From: a virus | Lineage: Duplodnaviria > Caudoviricetes | DNA: 54,406 nucleotides | Virus record (IMG/VR): IMGVR_UViG_3300028592_000014 | Coordinates: 1 to 54,406 of that record | Direction: 5' to 3' (one strand) | Part shown: piece by piece, positions 27,590 through 36,574 of the stretch | Layout of the letters: every line of letters starts with the position of its first letter | How positions within the stretch are numbered: the first letter of the stretch is position 1 | Translations under genes and position numbers: made by a program | The notes under the pieces: model-generated | The model's input: only the letters and a program-made list of their open reading frames with translations | The model's database searches: none | What the model was told of the DNA's origin: nothing

Positions 27590-28516
27590 TCATAGGCCCC
27601 TTGCAATGCCCCTGCGGGCGTTCTTGTTGAAGTCCGAGAACTTGAGTGCAGCGCGGTCGTACCAGAGCTTTACGCGGCCTTCCCAATCGCCATTACGGTT
27701 CTTGTCGCAAATCAGCAAAGCGTCTGCCGTGTTCTCGTCCACCTCTTTCCCGGCATCCCGGTCACGCTCTTTGCGTTTGTTTCTCCAAACCAACAGAACG
27801 TTGTCCACCAGATCGGAAATTGCTGCGGTGCCAGAAATGTCCATCCTGGTTGGCATGCGCTCGTCGCCCTCGCCCTTCTTGAGGTGAACGACCAGGTGAA
27901 TGTGGATGTTGTAGTCGCGTGCACAGGAGGTCAGCATGTCCACGAAATCCTTTTGGCTGTTGTAGTCGTCGGTGCCGCGTACGCATTTCATGAGGCTGTC
28001 GATGGCGATGTGCTTCACCTTCAGCTTTTCCGCGCAGTGCTTGATGACCGCGATCATGCGTTCCGATTTGATGGTGCCCTGCTGGTCGTAGAGCCAGATT
28101 TTCCCGTCCGTCTGCTTCATGAACGACGAAACCTGATCCTTTGTCGGTGTCGCATATCCGAATTCCTGCCGCATGATTCGGGCGAGCGTCTTGGCTGGCG
28201 TCATCTCGAAACTGGCGATGCAAACCGTCTGGCCTGCTTTGGCGATGCCGGTCATCACCTGCCCTTGCAGTGCGGATTTACCGGAACCATTGAACCCACC
28301 CCATACCGTCACTTCTCCCGGAGCGAATTCAAGCCATGCATCTGCAAACGGCAGCTTTGGATTTTTCGATTTCTCAGGAGCGTCAGCAGGCGCCAGGATG
28401 TGCATCACCTCGTTCAGGTAGGCGCTGGCTGGCCGAACCTTTTCCGCCGGCTCTGTCTCGGCCATGTACTTTTCAAAATCGATATCGTCTGGTGTCAGGA
28501 CTTCCATGCTTTCCAC
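27590..28516 (-). CDS. DnaB-like (SF4) helicase
   Basis: GFNGSGKS, SFEM, IAIDSL, HLVVH, KNRNG. Confidence 0.9.
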   Translation of the reverse strand: MESMEVLTPDDIDFEKYMAETEPAEKVRPASAYLNEVMHILAPADAPEKSKNPKLPFADAWLEFAPGEVTVWGGFNGSGKSALQGQVMTGIAKAGQTVCIASFEMTPAKTLARIMRQEFGYATPTKDQVSSFMKQTDGKIWLYDQQGTIKSERMIAVIKHCAEKLKVKHIAIDSLMKCVRGTDDYNSQKDFVDMLTSCARDYNIHIHLVVHLKKGEGDERMPTRMDISGTAAISDLVDNVLLVWRNKRKERDRDAGKEVDENTADALLICDKNRNGDWEGRVKLWYDRAALKFSDFNKNARRGIARGL

Positions 28517-28857
28517 TCTCCTCTTTCGTATTCGATGACTTCCCCGTTGTTCAACGCCATGGCAATGACGTGTGTCGCTCCTGCATTTGCCGCTGTTTCT
28601 GCCAGCGTTATCGCTTCGTCCGTCAGCTCTTGGGCTTGCAGATGAACCCGAATTCCTGCCAGGAATCGCAGGTCAAGATGCCCTCCGAGTTCTTCCGGAA
28701 GCACGTACACGCTCGGCAAAATCTTGTGATCCAAGGCTCGTTCCGGGTCTTCAAAAACGAACCTGTGTGGTGTCGGACTCATGCCAGCAAGCAGGAAAAC
28801 CGCTGTCGGTTTCCACCCGTTCTTCCGTGCTTCGATGATTTGCATGTGTCCGATCAT
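28495..28857 (-). CDS. Hypothetical replication-region protein
   Basis: Between initiator and helicase; LDLRFLAG.RVH. Confidence 0.7.
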   Translation of the reverse strand: MIGHMQIIEARKNGWKPTAVFLLAGMSPTPHRFVFEDPERALDHKILPSVYVLPEELGGHLDLRFLAGIRVHLQAQELTDEAITLAETAANAGATHVIAMALNNGEVIEYERGEWKAWKS

Positions 28858-28861
28858 GTCG

Positions 28862-29755
28862 CTACCCGAAAGGATTCAGATCGCTGCCTGGACGTCCTTC
28901 AGGATCGCCATCAAGCCACCGCTGTTGGTTGATGTACGTGATCGGTGCAGGCTCGAAGCCTTCAGCCCAGGACTTCGTTTGCTTCATCTTTTCGACGTGT
29001 TCAACGATGCGAGTAGCGATGTTCTCCAAGCCCTTGCCTTTCCACTTTTTCAAGCAATCGGCTTTCGCAACCTTCCGATCGCTTTTCGGCCAGACCTCCC
29101 AGAACTCGGCGAAGCCGGGGGGGATGTCGTGCGACTTGTCGCACATATGTTTTTCTTTATATCCCTGTCCCTTCCCTTTACTGTCCCTTGTACCCTTTGT
29201 CCCTGGGGACATTTCGGGGGACAATTCCGAGACAACTCCGGGACTAACTTCATTTGTCCCCGGGGACAAACCGCGTTCGTCCCCTTTGGTCGGATCGACA
29301 TAATTAGGGGACATGAACTCATCGAACGTGGGATATGGGATGCTGGTGTTGTGGCGCTGGTTGTGTTTTTTGATGCGGCCGCACTCTGATCGCCAACGCT
29401 GTTCGTGCTTTGCCTGCCAGGCGTCGCGGGCCTTCTCAGCAACGACCGGATGATAGAGCCTGCCGTCGGCGCACTTGATCCAACCATAGAGCGCGCCGTC
29501 CTTGACCTTCTTCCACTCCTTCACGACGAAGCCAAAGCCGGCAAGGCGCGCAAGCTCGATATCATCGTCAGGTAAAGAAGCAGCGGGGACTTGGTGCCAC
29601 GAAGCGCACCACAAGATCACGGCGAAGAAACATTGCGCCGGGGGCACATGCGAAACCAGCTTGCTATCGCGCAGGCGACCAACATCCAGCGGCATGAACT
29701 GGAAATCGCGCAGATCGCAATCCGCCGGCGTCAGGGGCGATGGCAATTCATTCAC
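28862..29755 (-). CDS. Replication initiator (DUF1376/YdaU-like)
   Basis: DLRDFQFMPLDV.RL..S, SLPDDD..LA.LAG, F.EFW..WP, TYINQQRW; internal iterons. Confidence 0.85.
   Translation of the reverse strand: MNELPSPLTPADCDLRDFQFMPLDVGRLRDSKLVSHVPPAQCFFAVILWCASWHQVPAASLPDDDIELARLAGFGFVVKEWKKVKDGALYGWIKCADGRLYHPVVAEKARDAWQAKHEQRWRSECGRIKKHNQRHNTSIPYPTFDEFMSPNYVDPTKGDERGLSPGTNEVSPGVVSELSPEMSPGTKGTRDSKGKGQGYKEKHMCDKSHDIPPGFAEFWEVWPKSDRKVAKADCLKKWKGKGLENIATRIVEHVEKMKQTKSWAEGFEPAPITYINQQRWLDGDPEGRPGSDLNPFG
29165..29313. other. Putative replication origin (TGTCCC/GGGACA iterons)
   Basis: Multiple direct and inverted copies including the perfect palindrome TTTGTCCCCGGGGACAAA at 29253..29270. Confidence 0.7.
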
Positions 29756-29925
29756 ACCGCCCCCACCGTCATCAACTGCGACACCCGGATATAGAAAGCG
29801 TCTTTCCAGGTCCGCTCAGCATCGGTCCCCGGCAAATACGGACACTCACCCGGCCCAAACCCACGCTCAGCCGCGGCAATCGCCTCGTTCTTGATCTTGT
29901 CGATCGGAATGATTTGGTCTGTCAT
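29752..29925 (-). CDS. Hypothetical protein (57 aa)
   Basis: GAGG SD; CPY...W motif. Confidence 0.6.
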   Translation of the reverse strand: MTDQIIPIDKIKNEAIAAAERGFGPGECPYLPGTDAERTWKDAFYIRVSQLMTVGAV

Positions 29926-30086
29926 GTCTTCCTCAAAATCTCTCAACTTCTCATCGTTTCTCAACAGCCGAACCGCTCTGCTTTTCTGCGCCACTCATCA
30001 AATTCCACGCCGCAAGTCCCTTGATATTTCTCAAACTTTGAAATTTGGGCGCACGAATGCGCCGGGGTTGACCGGTCATGGTTTTG

Positions 30087-30326
30087 TCAGTGGGTGGCGT
30101 CGGGTTTGGGGTCGGGGTCGATGCCCTCGAATACATCGGGGCGAGTCAGCCGGAGGATTTTCAACTTGTCCTTGGGGATGCCGGAATGCCGCCAATCGGA
30201 AACGGAGGGCGGCTTTACCTCGCAGAGGCGTGCAGTGGCGGACGTACCGCCAAGCCGGTCAATAACGATGTTTGCGATCTTCGCCGCATCGGGTAGATCG
30301 GCGTATTGGGGTGTTTGAGTGTCCAT
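30087..30326 (-). CDS. cro: Cro-like HTH repressor
   Basis: IDRLGG..ATA.LC.V..PSVSDW...GIP; divergent from cI. Confidence 0.85.
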   Translation of the reverse strand: MDTQTPQYADLPDAAKIANIVIDRLGGTSATARLCEVKPPSVSDWRHSGIPKDKLKILRLTRPDVFEGIDPDPKPDATH

Positions 30327-30332
30327 TCCCCA

Positions 30333-30402
30333 ATTTTAGGCATGCCTAAAACGAATTGCAAGACATAAATTTAGGCTTATCTAAATGCAAACCGAATACG
30401 AT
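30333..30402. promoter_or_regulatory. OR region: operators at 30334..30351 and 30369..30386; leftward TTGCAA-17-TAAAAT promoter; rightward TACGAT -10
   Basis: Perfect palindrome TTTTAGGCATGCCTAAAA plus a degenerate copy. Confidence 0.85.
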
Positions 30403-30408
30403 TTGCGC

Positions 30409-30792
30409 ATGAAATGGAACGATCGATTAAAGCAGGCCTTTGAGGCCGCAGCCGCAGCCAAGGGGATCACTCAGACTGATCTTGCCGCCGCATGCAGCGT
30501 TAAACCTGCGTCGGTAACGGATTGGCTCAACGGGGAAACCAAGAGCATCGAGGCAAAAAATCTCCTGCCTGCCTGCAAGTTGCTGGGCGTGTCGCCGTTT
30601 TGGGTGATGTTTGGTGATGGCAATCAGTACGAGTTTGCCAAGATGTCGGAGGCAGAGCCGATTGAGCCAAGCGACGCTATAAGCCTGCTTGCGTCGCTTG
30701 CTCAATCTAGCGATGAGGGGCGGAAATTGATAGTTGAATCCGCCGAGAAAACAATGCGCTCATTCCCTCGTGGCGGGCCGGCTAAGGATTAG
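30409..30792 (+). CDS. cI: CI-like XRE repressor lacking an S24 peptidase domain
   Basis: TQTDLA..C.V...SV..W..G HTH; only 127 aa. Confidence 0.85.
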   Translation: MKWNDRLKQAFEAAAAAKGITQTDLAAACSVKPASVTDWLNGETKSIEAKNLLPACKLLGVSPFWVMFGDGNQYEFAKMSEAEPIEPSDAISLLASLAQSSDEGRKLIVESAEKTMRSFPRGGPAKD

Positions 30793-30924
30793 GACGGTTG
30801 CGATCTTTTCGTCCTCATCCTTGCCAGCGGCAAGATCGGACATGTCCACCAGCCATTGCTTTTTCTTGTCAGTCATCGACTGAAAATTATCAAGCAAGTG
30901 TTTCTCCATATCTTGCTGCTGCAT
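30760..30924 (-). CDS. 54-aa protein convergent with cI; candidate antirepressor
   Basis: GGAGGAG SD, TATACT -10 at 30983-30988. Confidence 0.6.
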   Translation of the reverse strand: MQQQDMEKHLLDNFQSMTDKKKQWLVDMSDLAAGKDEDEKIATVLILSRPATRE

Positions 30925-31061
30925 GTCTCCTCCCGGTCGCCATTTCAACGCTACATGTTACGAGTTCGTTACAGGAAAACTTAGTATAGCTACCGAATTT
31001 AGAAAAACAATTACGCACGAAAAATAACCGAGCACATCGGACTATTGATTTTCAGGGAGAA

Positions 31062-31565
31062 GTGATGAAAACAATTCTTGCTGCCATGCTTATAGCCGCT
31101 GCATTGCCAGCGGCAGCTCAAAAGGAAAAGAAATTCGGGGACTGGATAACTGATTACTCCCTCAAAGGATTCCAAATCGCAAGCACTTCCAATCCGTCCG
31201 GCTCAACCACTGGAATAATTTGCAACCTCGAAAAAGAGGGGTGCGATGCATTTATTGTGATGGGGTTGGACTGCGATAACGGAGAGGCATATCCGATGAT
31301 GCTCAGCACCGCTGTCGGGGCAGCCTCCCTTTCCAGCAAATGCCTACATATCGGGAAGATGCAAATCCTTGTTATTGACGAATTCAGCGCAATGGTTGGC
31401 GCATTTGAGAGCGGTAGCGAAATAGGGTTCGCCCTCCCAATGAAAGGCGGTCAATTTCGTGTAAGCCGGTTCAGCACTGCCGGCGCCGTCCCTGCCCTCA
31501 AAGAGGCAAGAACGCCGCCGCCCAGCAAAAACAAAAAATCCAAACTCGGTGACCAAACTCTATAG
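31062..31565 (+). CDS. Exported protein, immunity-region moron
   Basis: Signal peptide AAA/Q, GGGAG SD, FGDW motif, four Cys. Confidence 0.8.
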   Translation: MMKTILAAMLIAAALPAAAQKEKKFGDWITDYSLKGFQIASTSNPSGSTTGIICNLEKEGCDAFIVMGLDCDNGEAYPMMLSTAVGAASLSSKCLHIGKMQILVIDEFSAMVGAFESGSEIGFALPMKGGQFRVSRFSTAGAVPALKEARTPPPSKNKKSKLGDQTL

Positions 31566-31586
31566 TTTTTCCAGCAAGGAGTACGT

Positions 31587-31766
31587 ATGCGTAGCGCTTT
31601 TCGCTTTTGCATAGGATTTGGATTTGTTCTGTTGGCCGCTTATGTTTCTACCAGGCCGTATCTCGATTGCGTGCTGGAACCGAGTGTCGCGCGAGCCTTC
31701 GGAAGCATTGGAACGACATTTCTCATCTGGTACTGGATTGATCGTAGCTTGAGAAATCAGAAGTAA
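31587..31766 (+). CDS. 59-aa two-TM membrane protein (not in ORF track)
   Basis: AAGGAG SD; MRSAFRFCIGFGFVLLAAYV...FLIWYWIDRSLRNQK. Confidence 0.65.
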   Translation: MRSAFRFCIGFGFVLLAAYVSTRPYLDCVLEPSVARAFGSIGTTFLIWYWIDRSLRNQK

Positions 31767-31811
31767 CACCCTCGGCCCGCCTCTGGCCGGTTTTCAAAGG
31801 ACGTTCATTCC

Positions 31812-32054
31812 ATGCTTTCCTCTTTAGAAAAAATAACAGTCCCCGAGTTGACCGAATTTCTCGATGCAATTGGGGCAAAACCGATCTGTCCGTTTTGCAA
31901 CTGCGACACATGGCATGTTCTAACGGACATGTCGGAAAGCGGCTTCGTTCTTATAACCAATAAAAAGTGGTCCGCCGCTTGTGGGCGCTGCGGCTTTATT
32001 CGCAACCACCACGTTGAGCTCTTCAGGCAATGGAGGGCGCAAAAAAATGGCTGA
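31812..32054 (+). CDS. Zinc-ribbon protein
   Basis: CPFC and CGRCG pairs. Confidence 0.7.
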   Translation: MLSSLEKITVPELTEFLDAIGAKPICPFCNCDTWHVLTDMSESGFVLITNKKWSAACGRCGFIRNHHVELFRQWRAQKNG

Positions 32055-32445
32055 CAAGACCAAGCTGATTCCCTTCCCCAACGGTGGAGGCGCCGCAGCA
32101 AGAGGCGGCGGCGTTGACAACGGTGGCGGCCCGCCCCATGATAAGGACATGGAACCCCGAATCGCCAAGCTGGAAGAGTTTGCCACCGATGCGCGCGAGC
32201 GTTTGGTGAGGATAGAAACTCGTCTTGACCAGACCGCAACTAAGGCCGATCTTCAGGAGGGCTTGCTTAGCGTGATCAAGTGGATCGTCGGCACCGCCGC
32301 CGTTCTGGTTGCCATGGCAATCACGGTAATGACCTTCGTTCTAAACAACGCGGTCCCGAAGGCACCAGCCGCCCAGCCCGCCCCAATCATCATCCAGGTT
32401 CCAGCCGCACCAGCGGCCACTGTAGCGCCACCGCCGCAGAAATAG
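32047..32445 (+). CDS. Coiled-coil plus TM protein (DUF1640/XhlA-like)
   Basis: GGGPP, RIAKLE, ATKADL, IKWIVG TM; GGAGG SD. Confidence 0.75.
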   Translation: MADKTKLIPFPNGGGAAARGGGVDNGGGPPHDKDMEPRIAKLEEFATDARERLVRIETRLDQTATKADLQEGLLSVIKWIVGTAAVLVAMAITVMTFVLNNAVPKAPAAQPAPIIIQVPAAPAATVAPPPQK

Positions 32446-32463
32446 CCTAAGCCCTTCCACACC

Positions 32464-32490
32464 AAACCCGCCCGCCCCGGCGGGTTTTTT
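32464..32490 (+). terminator. Intrinsic terminator closing the immunity-region operon
   Basis: AAACCCGCC/GGCGGGTTTTTT. Confidence 0.85.
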
Positions 32491-32510
32491 GTTGCCCTCA
32501 TTTTGGCATG

Positions 32511-32563
32511 TTTTAGGCATGGCTAAAATAATTCTTGACTTCATCTTTAGGCATGCCTAATAT
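32511..32563 (+). promoter_or_regulatory. OL/PL: operators at 32511..32528 and 32546..32561; promoter TTGACT-17-TAATAT
   Basis: Same TTAGGCATGCCTAA motif as OR, one copy within the promoter spacer. Confidence 0.88.
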
Positions 32564-32604
32564 ATCCATCAAGACGCACCCAACACCAACCAGGAGGGCG
32601 ACAG

Positions 32605-32730
32605 ATGGAAACGAAGCCGACAGCGAAGCAAATAGACCTCATCGACTACGCCATTTTCGGCGGCTTCTGCTGGCTGGTCTATCAGGCATACAGCGTCTAT
32701 CTGCCCTTCCTCTGGAATCTCTTGCCGTGA
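32605..32730 (+). CDS. 41-aa membrane peptide, first gene of the PL operon
   Basis: AGGAGG SD; METKPTAKQIDLIDYAIFGGFCWLVYQAY... Confidence 0.6.
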   Translation: METKPTAKQIDLIDYAIFGGFCWLVYQAYSVYLPFLWNLLP

Positions 32731-32970
32731 TCAAGATTCCCGCCCCGATTTTCTCGCGTGTTGAGCGTGAGTCCGGTAGCCAGTTTGGCCGCGAGGAACG
32801 CGAGAGCCGGAAGCCGGAGGAGCCGCCCGAAGGGGCGCATGTGATTCGCAGTACGAAGTTTGTCACCTTACCGACGCCGAAACATCCCGCTGATGGCGAT
32901 CAAAAGACCAGCGGCTGAATAGACGGTAGCCGGCACGGAAAACCGGCAATTTCTAACAAGGGAGAACGCA

Positions 32971-33387
32971 ATGCAGCACAACCTAAACCAAGTCATAGAA
33001 ATTCTGCTGATAGCAAAGAAGCATGGCGTCAACCTTGCCGAAGCATTTGGACCACGGTACGCGCTTAGGTTGCATGACCACGATACAGGCACACACGTGA
33101 AAATTACCGCGCTTCTTGGCGACGAGGAATTGTGCGTTTATGAACACCATCGTTGGAAGTCCTCGCAATACGACTTCAACAACCGGGACAAGATTCTTGG
33201 CCTTCAGATCGCGGGGCCGTGGTCGGATGAAATCGACAGCATTCTTGACGACATTCGCATGGACACGCACAACAAGATTGTCGAAGAGAGGCAAGCGGAA
33301 CTTGCAAAGGAACGGGCCGCCCAGCGTACCTACGATGAGAAAGTAGCCCGGTTCCGTGCTGCGTTTGCGAAGGCAGAAGCAGCATGA
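32971..33387 (+). CDS. Hypothetical protein
   Basis: GGGAG SD, coupled to the next gene. Confidence 0.7.
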   Translation: MQHNLNQVIEILLIAKKHGVNLAEAFGPRYALRLHDHDTGTHVKITALLGDEELCVYEHHRWKSSQYDFNNRDKILGLQIAGPWSDEIDSILDDIRMDTHNKIVEERQAELAKERAAQRTYDEKVARFRAAFAKAEAA

Positions 33388-33632
33388 TCGCCCGCATCCG
33401 CCTATTCCTAATCGCGCGCAACAACGAAGCACGCATCCGCAGAGAGTGCCGCCCGCACGTCCCGAGCGTCCACATGACCAGCTACCCGACGCAGCCGGAA
33501 GAAATGCGCCTTGGCCCGTTCTATGTCGCCGTCCTTCTGTCGATTATCGGCGTTGTCGCAGCGGTCAACTATTACACCGAGTCCGAGCCGCAGACGCGGG
33601 CTTGTACGCCGGTTTTGAGGAAGATGACATGA
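33384..33632 (+). CDS. Hypothetical single-TM protein
   Basis: ATGA overlaps at both ends. Confidence 0.6.
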   Translation: MIARIRLFLIARNNEARIRRECRPHVPSVHMTSYPTQPEEMRLGPFYVAVLLSIIGVVAAVNYYTESEPQTRACTPVLRKMT

Positions 33633-34675
33633 GCAACGCATTAGCAATCGTAACCGGCGCTATTCAGGAAGCGCGTGATGACTTTTCCCGGGTGCTGGTT
33701 GATCGGTCACTCAATTTTGAGCGTGAATCTGGATTCGCGATTCAGCAGCTACAGAAAAATGAATTCACGATGAAGGTGGCGACGCAGAATCGCCAGTCTG
33801 TAATCAATGCAGTGACCAACGTCGCGGCGATCGGCGTCAGCCTGAATCCAGCCCGAAAGCAAGCGTATCTTGTTCCACGCAAGGTGAGCGGGCAAATGGA
33901 AATCTGCCTTGACCTGAGCTATATCGGCTTGCTTGATTTGGCCGTTGCCTCTGGCTCGATCCTGTGGGGCCAAGCTGAATTGGTGCGCGAGAACGATGCA
34001 TTCCGTCGCAACGGCATGGACAAGTTGCCGACGCATGATTTCGAGCCGTTCGGTAAAAATCGCGGCGACATCGTGGGCGTGTACGTTGTTGTCAAGCTGC
34101 ACAACGGCGATTACCTGACCACCACGATGGACATAGACGAGGTGCATGGAATCCGGGATCGCTCGGAGGCGTGGAAGTCATATGTCGCCAAGAAAATCAG
34201 CACATGCCCATGGCTGACGGACGAAGGTGAAATGGTCAAAAAGACCGTCATCAAGCGTGCGTACAAGACTTGGCCTAAGACTGAGAGGATGGATGAAGCC
34301 ATGCGCCGGCTGAATGAAGACAATGGCGAAGGTCTCGCGGTAGAAGTCCCCGATGGCTGGATCGACGTCGCACCCATGATCGCCGAAGCGCTGCGCACCA
34401 CGACCGACGCCGAAGCCCTCGCCTACTGGAAGGCGAATAACGGCAAGTTGGCAAAGCAGCGGCAAGATCATCAACGCCTGAAAGAGGCGATCAGCACGCA
34501 CCGGGCGAAGCTGCGCGAGCAAGCGAAACAGGCAGATGAAGCGCGCACGGTTGAGATGCCAACGCCCGAGGCAGCAGGAAAGACTGCTGACAAAATCGAA
34601 AAAATCCTCGATGAAGGCGTTGATGATTTCGTGCGGAGGCTGGATGCCGCGCAAGATACTTACACGCCGGAGTAG
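33629..34675 (+). CDS. recT: RecT-family single-strand annealing protein
   Basis: GVSLNP...AYLVP, SYIGL, PW.....EM.KKTVIKRA.K.WP. Confidence 0.9.
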   Translation: MSNALAIVTGAIQEARDDFSRVLVDRSLNFERESGFAIQQLQKNEFTMKVATQNRQSVINAVTNVAAIGVSLNPARKQAYLVPRKVSGQMEICLDLSYIGLLDLAVASGSILWGQAELVRENDAFRRNGMDKLPTHDFEPFGKNRGDIVGVYVVVKLHNGDYLTTTMDIDEVHGIRDRSEAWKSYVAKKISTCPWLTDEGEMVKKTVIKRAYKTWPKTERMDEAMRRLNEDNGEGLAVEVPDGWIDVAPMIAEALRTTTDAEALAYWKANNGKLAKQRQDHQRLKEAISTHRAKLREQAKQADEARTVEMPTPEAAGKTADKIEKILDEGVDDFVRRLDAAQDTYTPE

Positions 34676-34678
34676 ATC

Positions 34679-35332
34679 ATGATCTTGATCGAGTGCAGGC
34701 AAGGCACCCCCGAATGGTTGCAGGCACGATCCGGCGCTTGCACCGCCTCTCGCTTCGCTGATGCCGTTTCGAAACTCACGCGCGCGTCTGGCGATAAGAA
34801 GGCCGGAGACCGCAGCGGCGTATCGGATCGGTATGCCGCAGACATCGCAATAGAACGCATCAGCGGCATTCCCTACGGCGAGCCGCCGAAGACATGGCTG
34901 CTTGATCGGGGTCACGAACTGGAAGACCTTGCGCGCATCGCCTACGAGGCCCGTGCCGGCTTCCTGGTCGAAGAAACCGGCGTTGTCCTCACTGACGATA
35001 GAAAGTTTGGCTACTCGACAGATGGCATGCCGGAAGACGGCCTTATCGAAATCAAGTGCCCGATCGACAGCATCAAGATTGCCACCATGTGGCGCACCGG
35101 AGATGTGTCCGAGTACATGCACCAGATGCAGGGCGGCATGTGGATCACTGGCCGCAAGTGGTGCGATTTCATCATGTTCGTTCCTGATCTGGCGAGCGTG
35201 GGCAAAGACCTGTATGTGAAGCGCATCCATCGAGACGATGCGTTTATCGATGCGATGGTAGAGGAGCTACTCGCCTTTGATCATCGTGTGCAGGATTTCG
35301 AGGCGATTTTTCGCATGAGGGAGGCCGCGTAA
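34679..35332 (+). CDS. YqaJ/lambda-exonuclease family nuclease
   Basis: QGTPEW..AR.G..TAS, RG.ELE, STDG, IEIKCP, QMQ. Confidence 0.92.
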   Translation: MILIECRQGTPEWLQARSGACTASRFADAVSKLTRASGDKKAGDRSGVSDRYAADIAIERISGIPYGEPPKTWLLDRGHELEDLARIAYEARAGFLVEETGVVLTDDRKFGYSTDGMPEDGLIEIKCPIDSIKIATMWRTGDVSEYMHQMQGGMWITGRKWCDFIMFVPDLASVGKDLYVKRIHRDDAFIDAMVEELLAFDHRVQDFEAIFRMREAA

Positions 35333-35553
35333 TGGGCGCCCAACGCTTATCTACCTGGGTAGCCCTGCGCTGCCGCGAACCAGAGTTTCAGCGCTTCCTG
35401 TGCGTTCCCGATGCCGACACAGCAGCCCACTCAGTGCGCGCGATCTGCGAAGTCAAAAGCCGCGCAGAGATCGACACGAATCCAGAAGCAGAGAAGCGGT
35501 TTCATCAGTATGTCCGTCTTCCCTATTCGCAGTACCTGAAAGACCATCAATAA
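35332..35553 (+). CDS. Hypothetical protein
   Basis: TAATG coupling; C.V.SRAE.D motif. Confidence 0.7.
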   Translation: MGAQRLSTWVALRCREPEFQRFLCVPDADTAAHSVRAICEVKSRAEIDTNPEAEKRFHQYVRLPYSQYLKDHQ

Positions 35554-35565
35554 CCTGGAGAACTC

Positions 35566-36087
35566 ATGCTTGATTTACAAAACTGCATCCTCAAAATGTC
35601 CTCTGTGAACTTCCGCCAGGAGCTGCACGGCGAAGATCATGTGCGCGCCTGCGACCTCAAGTTCGAGGGTGTCGTGGGCAACGATGTGCTGATCGCCTTT
35701 CATCCTGAATTACGTTCGATGCTGTTCAAGAAGAACGATCAACCTGATCTAGTTGACCAAGCCGATCCAGAAGCATTAAGCGCCCTCCGCTTCCCGCGTC
35801 TCGGTACGCTGAAATATGACTGGGAAGGTACCGGCTACACGCTGACGATTGACCACGGCTTAGGCGACAAGAGCAACATCGTCTTAGGCGACTGCAAGCT
35901 GGACGGCATCCGCATCGACCCAATGCAAGGCGGCTCTGTGCGTCTCGCATTCCGCGTGATCTGTCACCCGGACGGCAAGCACGTTGATCCGCTGACCGAG
36001 AAACTTCAGAGCGATGTGGAAATTAGCGTCACGCCACCGGCACCCACCACCGTGCAAGAACTCTTCAACGAATCCAGCGCGGCATAA
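35566..36087 (+). CDS. Hypothetical phage protein
   Basis: GGAG SD; ELHGED, LRFP motifs. Confidence 0.75.
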   Translation: MLDLQNCILKMSSVNFRQELHGEDHVRACDLKFEGVVGNDVLIAFHPELRSMLFKKNDQPDLVDQADPEALSALRFPRLGTLKYDWEGTGYTLTIDHGLGDKSNIVLGDCKLDGIRIDPMQGGSVRLAFRVICHPDGKHVDPLTEKLQSDVEISVTPPAPTTVQELFNESSAA

Positions 36088-36164
36088 AGGCTTCCCTACC
36101 GGTCGGGGTTTTTTCATGTCGGCGGCCGCAACGTGACTGGGGCGGCAAGAATTCAGGAGACGTC

Positions 36165-36572
36165 ATGCCTACAGCAGAAAAAATAACAAGCGCAATTGAG
36201 AGAGAAGAATTCTCGCAGCGCCTGAAGCAAGCACTTCGGAACGCTGAATTCGATGAGGACAGCCCGACGCAGTTGCAGCGTCAATTCAACGCTCAATGGA
36301 ACGGGGACCGGATAACAGTTCATGCAGTCCGAAAATGGCTCGTGGGTGAAGCGATTCCTACACAGGAAAAATTGCGCGCACTGGCAAAGATGCTGGGCGT
36401 CTCTGCCGAATGGCTCCGATTCGGCGACACCGAAATGGCAGCAACAAAGCCCAATGGTGCGCTTCCCTCTGCAGATGTGCTGCTGTTCGACGCGTTTCGA
36501 CGGCTCGACGCAAAAACACAGCAGGCCGTCAGAGATTTTATCCGCACGATGGCTGTGGCGAGCAGGAGCTAA
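36165..36572 (+). CDS. Second XRE-family HTH regulator
   Basis: FSQRLKQAL, AVRKWL.GE.IP, LGVSAEWLRFG. Confidence 0.88.
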   Translation: MPTAEKITSAIEREEFSQRLKQALRNAEFDEDSPTQLQRQFNAQWNGDRITVHAVRKWLVGEAIPTQEKLRALAKMLGVSAEWLRFGDTEMAATKPNGALPSADVLLFDAFRRLDAKTQQAVRDFIRTMAVASRS

Positions 36573-36574
36573 AA

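Noticed and set aside
30957-30974. LexA box upstream of the 54-aa ORF
   Set aside because: It fits neither CTG-N10-CAG nor GTTC-N7-GTTC exactly; kept only as an unassigned direct repeat.
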